A stretch of DNA of 63,760 nucleotides, filler included, from Stramenopiles sp. TOSAG23-6 (lineage: Eukaryota), in the NCBI GenBank assembly GCA_900128565.1. It is 9 parts of 9 records of this genome, joined end to end, with 100 filler letters (N's around TTAATTAATTAA, not from the genome) between each part and the next. Parts side by side here need not be neighbours in the genome. Positions count along the whole stretch, not along the records: positions 34,853 to 46,267 come from LT636260.1; positions 46,368 to 57,782 come from LT636261.1; 7 more parts are not named here. The stretch is one strand, 5' to 3'. The notes beneath the pieces were generated by a model. It was not told the DNA's origin and ran no database searches. It was given only the letters and a program-made list of their open reading frames with translations. Both the position numbers and the translations under genes were made by a program. Positions within the stretch are counted from its first letter, which is position 1; each line of letters starts with the position of its first letter. Below, piece after piece: positions 38,049 through 48,364 of the stretch.

Positions 38049-38684
38049 TCAAATATTTACACTCGACCATTTTTCTTTAAATTTGTTTTTCTCCAGAAAA
38101 GCCTTTCGTCTTCCCAAGCAAGTACGCCAAGCTATTTGTATTGGTAAAACTACTGTGTAAATTGCTAAGAACCACTTAAGTCCAGAATACAGAAAAGGTG
38201 CCAAGTGATCACAGTTGTTATCTGATACTAAATAATAATAACCAAGAAATAGCCATTGTAGGTGAATTAGTAATAATATAAGTTCGCAGAATAATGCATG
38301 AGTAATTCTCCAATTTCTATTTGCAAAAAAGTGTATAATAGGGCAAACAGTACCATTGAGAAAAACAAATATACACTTTAAAATAATATATCCTCTCAAT
38401 GGCAACATGCAGTTGTCCTTATTTTTTGCTGCATAATATAGTATGTCTATTCCATATGCAAGCATGAAAATATTTGCAAAGAATACTGAAAGATCAGCAC
38501 TGAGAGATCCATAAATTGGTGAGTACTTTTCAATTTCATGTTTATACCAATCGTNTGTCGACTCCAACTCCGCCTCTAAAAATGTAGTAGGACTATTTGA
38601 TTTGACACGTAACAATGGACTCTCTACGCTTGAGTTAATCTCCGTGCTGGAATATTTACGGCTTGTTTTTTTCTCTTCAATCAT
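38049..38684 (-). CDS. Four-TM membrane protein
   Basis: Four hydrophobic segments; C..PL..Y and CxxxAPxLY patterns. Confidence 0.7.
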   Translation of the reverse strand: MIEEKKTSRKYSSTEINSSVESPLLRVKSNSPTTFLEAELESTXDWYKHEIEKYSPIYGSLSADLSVFFANIFMLAYGIDILYYAAKNKDNCMLPLRGYIILKCIFVFLNGTVCPIIHFFANRNWRITHALFCELILLLIHLQWLFLGYYYLVSDNNCDHLAPFLYSGLKWFLAIYTVVLPIQIAWRTCLGRRKAFLEKNKFKEKWSSVNI

Positions 38685-39026
38685 TGTTATAATTACTGAA
38701 TCGAATCATAAAGAAGAATACAAGGACACAATGTCATCATATAATAACTAACTATGAATCACGAGATGGTTAGAAATTTTCGATTTTAAATTTTAAATTG
38801 TAGTAGAATTCGAATTTCGTTCTTCAGCTGAAAATTCTTTTTTTGAATTTTTTTTGAAAAATTAATTTTTCTCTCTCGCGGAGCTGCCGGAGCAGGTTTG
38901 TCCTTCGAAAGCGCTTCTTCTGAGTTGAAGGCAGTGCGAAGAGTGAAAGGAGTGCTGCAGTTGAATTCAGTGAGAACCAATAATTAAATTGCTTGGTCTT
39001 CAGAGCGAAACGCATCATAATTAGAA

Positions 39027-39461
39027 ATGTCATATTTACTGCCTCATCTGAATTCAGGATGGGCTGTTGATCAAGCCATTTTGACCGAGGAGGAACGTGT
39101 TGTTGTGATTAGGTTTGGTCATGATTGGGACAAAGAGTGTATGATAATGGACGAAATCCTTTGCCACATTGCGGAGAAAGTAAAAAATTTTGCTGTGATT
39201 TATTTGGTCGATATAAGTGAGGTATCTGATTTTAATACAATGTATGAATTGTACGACCCTATGTCAGTCATGTTTTTTCATCGCAATAAGCATATTATGG
39301 TTGATTTTGGGACAGGAAACAACAACAAATGTAACTTTCAGGTGGAGAACAAGCAGGAGATGATTGATATTATTGAAGTCGTATATAGGGGGGCTGTTAA
39401 AGGTCGAGGTGTTGTTATATCACCAAAAGTATATTCCCTCAGAGACACTGCTTTAATGTAA
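39027..39461 (+). CDS. TXNL4A: Dim1/TXNL4A U5 snRNP protein
   Basis: MSYLLPHL..GWAVDQAI..EERVVVIRFGHDWD..RNKHIMVDFGTGNNNK. Confidence 0.96.
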   Translation: MSYLLPHLNSGWAVDQAILTEEERVVVIRFGHDWDKECMIMDEILCHIAEKVKNFAVIYLVDISEVSDFNTMYELYDPMSVMFFHRNKHIMVDFGTGNNNKCNFQVENKQEMIDIIEVVYRGAVKGRGVVISPKVYSLRDTALM

Positions 39462-39516
39462 CTTATTATAAAAAATATTAAAGCTTCATTTGAGTTATTT
39501 TTATGAATTTATTTTT

Positions 39517-40497
39517 TCAACTATGCACAATTATAGGTTGCCCAAGTCCCCCTCTTTGTTTTGAACTTTCGACATCTATTTCGAATATAAAATCTTTCCA
39601 GTCTTCGTCAAGTATAGCGTTGCGCTTAACGTACTCTTCTTCGTGGTCTGCTTCACCAGTAATATGTTTTCCAGTTTCTGAGGTCTCATCAAATACCAAA
39701 TGAACTTTATTTCCTGTCTGATTCCATTTGCCACTCATAATCAGTGAAGTTGTCTTCATTCCATCATATTCGAGAAATTCTCTCGTGTATATTTTTTTTC
39801 CAATCCATCTAGCAATACCCGATTGCATCAAGGTTAAAACACCTTCCCTGTAATCCAACATTTCCTTTGTATCATGAATGTTTAAAAAATATTTCAAAAA
39901 AAAAATTGTTAGGTACAAAATTTGGTACGAAATATTTTTTAAAAATTCATGATGAAAACGTACACGTATAGGGTTCCATAAATATGTTCCTGCCGCTACT
40001 TCATGAAAAGAGTTACGTTTTAGACCTGANATTGGACTTGAGATGTTTTCACTTGACATACTCTCACTTCGTTTTCGCCGTTCATTCATTCTTTTTCGTC
40101 GCCTGCCGCTCATTCTACGACGTTTCCTGGGGCTCTTTTTTTTTGTTTCTTTTGTTTCTTTTGTTTCTTGTTGTTTTTCTTGACCATCTGCAGAAGAGGT
40201 TTGTGATTTGTTCTCTGGAGGTATTGAAGACAATGTCTGAGGATCAAATGCATTATTCCAATCTATAATATCTTGGCTACTACTTTCTGATATTGTAGAT
40301 TGATTTTCGCCCCAATCTACAGTTTGTTCAGGACAAGCTATAGATAATGCACGACTTTCTTCTTTTTCTTTTTTAGATCTCCGACAACAAGCACAAAATT
40401 TAATTTCACTGCTTACTCTTTCATCTCTTGCTTCTTCTTCTTCTCTTTCATCCCTTCCTTCTTCTTCGTCTAAACGTTCAGATGAAACATTACCCAT
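39517..40497 (-). CDS. Hypothetical protein (MGNVSS start, possibly myristoylated) with an in-frame 90-nt GT-AT intron at 39874-39963
   Basis: Family consensus embedded in the ORF: cgt|GTACGT...AAACATTCAT|gat. Confidence 0.6.
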   Translation of the reverse strand: MGNVSSERLDEEEGRDEREEEEARDERVSSEIKFCACCRRSKKEKEESRALSIACPEQTVDWGENQSTISESSSQDIIDWNNAFDPQTLSSIPPENKSQTSSADGQEKQQETKETKETKKKSPRKRRRMSGRRRKRMNERRKRSESMSSENISSPXSGLKRNSFHEVAAGTYLWNPIRVRFHHEFLKNISYQILYLTIFFLKYFLNIHDTKEMLDYREGVLTLMQSGIARWIGKKIYTREFLEYDGMKTTSLIMSGKWNQTGNKVHLVFDETSETGKHITGEADHEEEYVKRNAILDEDWKDFIFEIDVESSKQRGGLGQPIIVHS

Positions 40498-40763
40498 ATC
40501 CACTAGATGCACATCCCAGTGTACTCTATAAGTGTAAAAAGATACTATATAATATACGGTGTACTTGTAGACGTCTACAAATTTCTGACACAGGATACAC
40601 AGGATCACCTTTTGACAGGATCGCCGAAATTGCGGATTGAATTCAGTTACACTTTTTTATGATAACTTTTTGACTACTAGCTAAGGTCATTACTACTTAC
40701 AGGCACACTAGCTATCTGTGTTTGTAAAAGATTTCATTCTTCAAATACGATCTACTCAAAANA

Positions 40764-43645
40764 ATGGCAACATCAACTNTTTCATCAACCGATCCTGCAA
40801 TCGCTAATAAGTTTGTAGAATCATACGAAGGAAGCAGATCTGGGGATGGAAGCATGCATGGCGATGCTACTCAATGCATATTTTTAGGAGAGCAATCTCA
40901 ATATAAAGGTCAATTTCATGCAAACCTTATGCANGGCTTGGGTTCTTATACATGGAAAGATGGAACAACTTTCGAAGGCGATTTTAAGTATAATCAAATT
41001 GATGGTAATGGCTCATANATATGGGCTGATAAAAGTTCATATACAGGTGGTGTATCTAAAGGGAAACGACATGGTTCCGGTGTATTTAAATATTCCCCAG
41101 AGCTTGGTGCAATTTATAAAGGTACATATAGAGAGGGTTTGCGTGAAGGGTATGGCGAGCTTTGGTATAATGCCGAAAAGAGTTCATTCTATAAAGGAAA
41201 CTGGCTTGGTGGTGAGCGTCATGGTTCGGGGTTTATGATCTACCCTAGTGGGAGTAGATATGATGGAGGTTGGTTGAATGGGAAGAAACATGGACATGGA
41301 GAATTCTTTTGGTCGAAGCAGAATGAAAAATATGTAGGGGATTGGAAAGAGGGTAAGCAACACGGTTTNGGTGTTCATACATGGCTACAAGAAAGTGATA
41401 GTGGGAAATATTCACCNGTGCATCTACGACAGATGTGTAATCGCTATGAAGGCAATTGGAAAAATGGTCTTCGTGATGGTTTTGGGATATTTCACTACGC
41501 CAATGGTGCAAAATATGAAGGTGATTGGAAGAATAATTTAAAACATGGTCGAGGTATTTTTACATTTGATGATGGCAATATTTTTGAAGGTGAATTTTTT
41601 CATGATCGAATGCTAACAGGTCCAGATAGAGCTGGCGCAGGTTCCAATTCNCCTCGTGCTCGAAATGACAACAGTTCAATAAAGGAAGTAACTATAAGTA
41701 AAGATTCCGCCACTTCTAATAAAAAGAGCAAAATTCGAAAAAGTCCTCTAAAAGGTAGTCACAAAAAGGAGGATATCAAATCTAAAAATAAAAAAAATAA
41801 TAAAAATAATAAAAATAATAAAAACAAGAAAGTGGGTAAAAGACCAAAGAAAAAACTAATCGCAACAGTGAAACAGACTCAATTGCATATTAGTGATGTA
41901 TTGGAAGGCAGAAATATTTCACAGGCTGAGCAAGATGACCAAATTCGAAGTATCCGAAATGCACTATTACGCACAAGTTCAAAACTACAGAATATTTACA
42001 AGTTTTATTCTGAAAAATGTTCATCCAATGAAGGGAATATGTTTACAATGCCTATGGAGGAATTCTGGGTCTTTGCACATGCATGCAAATTACCTAGACC
42101 ATCATTCCCATTGGCAAGAATTAACCGAGTGTTTCTCGAAATGCGATTGCATCATTTTAAGTCGATACGTAGTGGAAGAGCTCAAATAGTTGCATCGGGG
42201 GTTACATCGACATCAGAGTCTTTAATGGAGGCAGTAGTACCTCCTGAGAAATCATCAATTGGTGTACATTCGGGAAAAAGATCTCTCTTGTATCGTGATT
42301 TTATTGAAGGACTTGTTCGTATTTCACAAGCTCTTTATGATGCTGATCATGACGGCAGTGCAGTTAAACATGGGTGTACTATAAACCCAAAAAGAAGTAA
42401 GAAATATCCAACAACGTTGTCAGATAAATTTTGCTGGATGCTTTCTGATTTTATTACAGAGCCACCAAGTAATACAGAAACATTATCTGAATTCGAGAAA
42501 CTATTACAACATCCGGATATTCAAGGACTAATACTTAAATGGAAAGAAAATATACATANATTATTTTGCACATCCTCGAAACAGAAATGTTGTTTTTTAC
42601 CTGCTGCAAAAGACGAAACAATGAGTTGTGGGGAATGGGTGAATATGTTACGAAAAAATGGTCTTGTAAAGGATGGCACTGATGCGGATGCCATTACTGT
42701 GTCTACTGAAGCGGAAGATAATGCTAGTGCTAACAGTGTTAGTAGTGATTCCAAGTCAGATAGTTCTAGTGGTAATAGTCATTCAGATAGTAATAGTCAT
42801 TCAGATAGCAGTAGTCATAGTATAGTACAAGAAATACAAAAATGGCAAAAATCAGTTACTACAGACAAAGCTATTCAATTATTTATGTCTACAAACTTTC
42901 AAAGAAATATAAATGATTCTGAGATAAATGTACCAAATGTTGGAGAAAGTGTAGCATCAGAATGTTCTCTGCTTCATATTGAAATGATAGAATGGGAATT
43001 TATTCGGTTGTTATGCCGCTTTGTCTTCGAGACTCATTCCGATATTTTTCGTACAGCTAATCGTTTAGAAAAAGAAGAAAAGGAAGCNATAGAAGCTTCT
43101 GTTGCTGCTGCCATTGCGAGGAGAGAGGCAGCAGAAGCAGCTAGAGGTGCATCNCCGAGATCATGTACGTTGTCAAAATTGTTTTTTTTGCACCAAATTT
43201 TGTACCAAATTTTGCACCTAACAAAACAATAGATTGTACAATATCTTTTCACATTGCATCATTCTCACGTTCTTCGTCTAGGTATTCCACGAGACCTTCA
43301 TCAAGAACGTCGCCAAGGTCATCACCAAGAAACGCCTCAAGGCCTTCTTCGAGGTCTTCACCAAGAAACAGTTCGCGGCCATCTTCGCGGTCGTCAATAA
43401 GATCATCATCAAGGTCAACAACGGGTAAAAAGTCTATGTCATCATCACCTTTAATTACAAAAAAGAAGATGTCTTCGCTAGTTGAAGATCGGCCACTGAG
43501 TGGCTTGCATATTCCAACAGAGCTTCAAATGGACCCAGCAGAGCAACGTCGTGAAAGACGGAAAACAATGACAGAGAACTATTTNATGCAATTATCTGGA
43601 CTTTTCGAATTACTGTTTGTTATGGAGACAAATTCTATACAATAA
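40764..43645 (+). CDS. MORN-repeat protein, RSPH10B-like (radial spoke); GT-AT intron 43165-43259
   Basis: ~10 YxGxWxxGxxHGxG repeats then LQNIYKFYS; splicing joins the two ORFs in frame. Confidence 0.75.
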
Positions 43646-43981
43646 AAACAATCGATAAAGATTTATTTTGTTTTTAAAATGAACTTCAGTGTACGGTTGC
43701 GTTAAAAATTCCATGTTGTCCGCTACCGTATAGNTTAATGTATATTTTGCTATATATAAGATAGTCCCTTTTCGATTTGATCAATCTCAAATGCGCGCAA
43801 TTGCGAATAAGTTCAAACTTCAAACGACTTCAAACATCAAAAGCTGATGTCAACATTCAGTCAAGTTCACCCAATTACCCAAGAAGAACCTTCAGATTTG
43901 TTTGAATTCTTAAAATATAGAAATCCCTGATGAATTTAACTTCATTTTAACATCCATTTCAAAAGTCCAAAAGCCTCGAAA

Positions 43982-46212
43982 ATGGAAGTTCAAGTCCATC
44001 CAGAACCACCACTTGAAAATGATAGCAACTTGAACTCGTCATTACCAAGTCTTCCCTTCTACCCCCCTCGCCGTGACCTGCTCATTGGTTTTTTTTGTTC
44101 TTTTCTTTATCTAACCGTGCTCCTAAGCCTCGAAATGGGTTGTAACGCAGATGGGGGAGAAATGAGTTGTAAAATTCCACTTCGTGTCTCACCCGACCAG
44201 GTCCTCTTTTCAAGTGGCAAGGCACAAGACAAAGCACATGAGGCTCTGAGCACGAAAACAAAAATTAAAACTGCAGAGCCATGATCCTATAGTGGTAAGG
44301 TTGGAATTAAAATACAGATGTGGAATATCGATTTTTCGAGCTTTACATGGCAGATTCATGACAATAAAAAAGAGTTTAGTCGTGTGTTTTCAGCCCCAAC
44401 GTTGCCCTACCGAACTCGATGCGACAGCCATAGTTGCAGAAGAGCGAGTGATGGAGCATTAGTGGGTGTAGATGGGGTTTTCCCAAAGGCAGTCACATTC
44501 AATGCTGAAGCTGCTTTAATACAGAGTCAGAACTCTATCAGCGACGGATGGAAGATTCTGGATGAAAATTCCGAAGATTTTTTTGAAATGGAAAACGAAG
44601 TGAAACTATGGGAGGAAAATGAGGAAGCTCTGTATGTTTTATTTTTCTTCCATTTCGATTTTTTTTTCGTACGAAATTCCGTACCTAACAAATTGTACAA
44701 AAAAAATATTTTTACACAAACATGGAGTCTGAACTTTCGAATGAGTCTACAGAACGCGATTGTTTCAGTTCAGATATGATGGTGTTTTCAACACTTCAAC
44801 AAAGTCCTGTACCATGCAACATCGGCTTCGGATATGTAGAACCGAAGGAAATGAAAATATTTCCGACTACAATTACACGAAAAGAGTGCGAAGGAACAGA
44901 TGAACCACGTATGTTTTAGTTTTTTTCAAATTCGATTTTTTTTTCGTACGAAATTTTGTACCTAACGATTTTTTTTAAATATTTTTCCAAAATACATGCG
45001 CAACTTTCACTACAGATCCAAATGAACAACATGGGACTAGCTGCAAATGTTCATATGACCCAATAGCCGTAAGCAATGGTTCAACCGACTACAATATGTG
45101 GTGTACACCACTAGCAGCTCTCTCTGAACGAGGGAAACCAGTGCAGGATTTTTTTTTCACACCTGAAGGTTTTAAATATGGGGCAGCAAATAAGTATTGG
45201 ACAGATGAAGATCAAATTGCATATGAAAAAGATTATGAACTTTATGAAAAAAAGTTACAAGCAGAGGCAAAACAGAAATGTGGTACAATGTGTGATGACG
45301 AAGGAACATGTGCTGCAAGTCAATGTCAATGGGATTATGATCTGCTCGGTGGCATATCAATGGATCCTTTATTTGAGTATTGTGAACGCTCAGCTCCGTA
45401 TCATTTTATAGGGCAAAAAGCCAATGCAATTAGCAATCACTGGTTTGGTTTCTTTGCAGTTTGGACGGTTTGTTTTGGCATGAGTGATTTGTTGAGAAAG
45501 TCGAATCAATTAGAGATCAAAATCATTTGCGCTTGTTCAGCTGGTTTGGTGGTTGTGTTTATTCTCTGTCTAATTATTTTTGGCGACAAAGGTTTTGGTG
45601 GAGCCGTTCACATCTCCCTCTTTGGGACACAAATAATTGGAGTTTTACTTAACGCTGTTGGGGCAGCGGTAGGATATGGAACGAATAGAGATCCTAATAT
45701 TATTACAAAAACATATAAAAAAGGCGAAATAATTTCTTCTTCTGAGATGGTTACATTGAACAGTACTAATGCACCTGCTGAGGAAGAGCAGCAAAAAACA
45801 GTGATAATTGATACTGAAGAAAAGAATGTTGCAGCAACACGAGTCGCACTTGTAGCGAATATAATAGATATAGAGGCAGGTGATGTTGTCAAAAGTGATG
45901 TGTTGTATTTGTCAAATCATCTTCGTGACTGTCCGTTCCTAACACTGCAGTTTGGACTTGCTCTATTTATGACAGACTCGAGCAGTTTTTTATTTCATGC
46001 TTCGTTGACACAGTTAGGTCAGCGTTTAGATGTATTGGCTGTCTACTGTGTCGTTCTCACACCATTTGCATATAGTCTCCTTTCATTAATGAATGTACCA
46101 CCCCCTACTGTCACTAGTAGGAACCAGCCCAAACTTGTTCGTTTCCTTCGTTGTCTTACTATATTGATGCCATTGACTCTTGCATTTGTATTTGCATCTG
46201 CAGGAAACAAAG
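43982..46212 (+). CDS. Multi-TM protein with CREST/ceramidase-like motif; GT-AT introns 44632-44723 and 44909-44997; truncated
   Basis: YCE...QKANAISN, SSFLFHAS..QRLDV; both splices join ORFs in frame; in-frame TGA at 44282 unexplained. Confidence 0.65.
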
Positions 46213-46426
46213 GTATGTTTTATTTTTTTTTCAATTTCGAATTTATTTTTCGTACGAAATTTTGTACNNNNNNNNNNNNNNNNNNNNNNNNNNNNNNNNN
46301 NNNNNNNNNNNTTAATTAATTAANNNNNNNNNNNNNNNNNNNNNNNNNNNNNNNNNNNNNNNNNNNNCGTTAGGTACGAAATTTCGTATGAAAAAAAATT
46401 AAATTAGAAATTCATATGAAACGTAC

Positions 46427-48207
46427 ATCATTTACAGATGTTTTAATTCCCTGTAGCTGTGGTGCCCTATATCGAATTTCTCCCGTAAGACTATGCTTGT
46501 AATAATAAAATCCAGTATACGGCGAATATAATTTTTCCCATATGGAAAGCAAAAGATTCCGCATGTATTTTAGAANAATATTTCAAAAAAATCATTAGGT
46601 ACAAATTTCCGTACGAAAAAAAAATCGAATTTGAAAAAAAATAAAACATACATATTACGTCGAACAAGTTTTCTTCTATACATTCCTTGTAGTTTAGAAA
46701 TGGAAACAAACTCTCGCTCTTCTTCTGTCATATCTTCCCATTTAGGTTTTGTTACTTTACTTTCATTCATCTCATTTTCACCCTTTTCGTTTTCATCATT
46801 TTCATTTTCATCATTTTCACTATCTTCATCTATTATAGGTTTACCCAGATAATTGTAACGAATACCATCATATCCACCCACAGGTGCGTAAATTGTAACA
46901 TCATTACCAAAGTCATCATATTCATTTTCTTCGTTCAGAGCGAGTTTAGAAAATCGCTTTTCAATTTTTTCTAACTCAATTGAACGTAGACGTTTTTCAT
47001 TGTTGTGTACTACTTCGTCCTTTAATAACTTCGGTTTATCCCATTGTGCTTCACCAGTTTCATGATTTTGGTAATAATATGCTTGGTGCCATTCGTCCCA
47101 TTCCTTGGAAAATATTTTATTTAGCATTGCTTTGAACATCTTTCTTCCTCTTCTAGCTCTATACAATGTTTGGATTCTAGATGCAGCAGCATCAATTCCA
47201 GGTGTACCTAATAACTCTTCTAACTTTGCAGCAGCTGCTCTAGCTTCTTCCAGTTGTCTACGTCTTGAGGATTCTTCTCGACGACGCTTTCTTTTCTGCT
47301 GTCTTTCCCATTTTTTATTTTGCATTGTAGTAAATGAATCGATTCTACCCATTCGCGCTTCTCGTTCTGCATGCGAAAACTCAAAATGATACATAGCATC
47401 TGATGCGCACTGTTGTGTGATTATATTCGATGACATTGCCGCATATGCGGCTCTTGCAGCACGCATTGCAGCCTCCGCCTTTTGCTTTGCAACTTTTTTT
47501 TTACGGAATTCTGCAAGTCGTTCTTTCCTTGCCGCTTTTGCTCTCTTCTTTGCCTCTAATTGTTCTGGCGTGATTACATTTTTTTCTTTGTTTAATTTTC
47601 TTATAGATCTTCGATCTTGTTCTAAGCGTAACCTTTGTTTCTTCTTTACCTGGAACTTTTGGTATTCGATAATAGACACTGTGCCACTTTTATCCTCGTC
47701 AAAGCGTGCAAAGTCTTTAGCCGTACCAAGACCAGCTTTTATAAACTCGTCTTTATCTAGTTCACCACTACCATCATGATCAATCGCATTAAATTTATCT
47801 TTATAGCCTGCATTGTGCTTTTTCAAGTGTTTTTCTAGACGAGCCTGCATTTCAATACGTTTCTTTCGTGTACTCTCTAATTTCTCCTCTGCCTCTTTGA
47901 GTGTCTCATCGACAGATTTACCAGCGTCTGTTCCAGCTTGAATTTTTAAAGTGGTCATTTCGATATATTCACGAAGGTCTATAGTACCACTTCCGTCAAC
48001 ATCAGCAGCATCAAAGTCTTCGCTTGTGCCTAATCCTGCGGCCAAAAATTCGTCCTTTTCAATTCCACCACTGCTATCTTTATCAAATTCAGCAAAGTTG
48101 TTGGTTTCTTTATTTCGACGCTGTCGTTCAGCTTTTATCTTTGATTTGCGAAGCTTAGTCTTTTTATGACGGGCCATTGCAGCGACTTCTTCTTGTGTCA
48201 GCTCCAT
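46427..48207 (-). CDS. EF-hand, IQ and WW-like domain protein; GT-AT intron 46563-46651; truncated
   Basis: DKDSSGGIEKDEF-type loops; IQTLYRARRGR; YYYQNHETGEAQWDKP; spliced second unit WEKLYSPYTGFYYYKHSLTGE. Confidence 0.8.
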
Positions 48208-48364
48208 TTTGGAAGTATAAATTTAATTTATCATTGAAGAATCATTTGGGTTTATTATGCTGATATTATGTATCACTGTCGAGTGAAATCAAAATCATTC
48301 AAATGGGAAGACGTTTGTCGTTGTGTAACTGTCATATAGGAACTGATATATANATTATTTTTAT

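Noticed and set aside
44282-44284. Stop-codon reassignment (TGA)
   Set aside because: TGA ends COMMD2 at its expected C-terminus, and conserved Trp codons are TGG.
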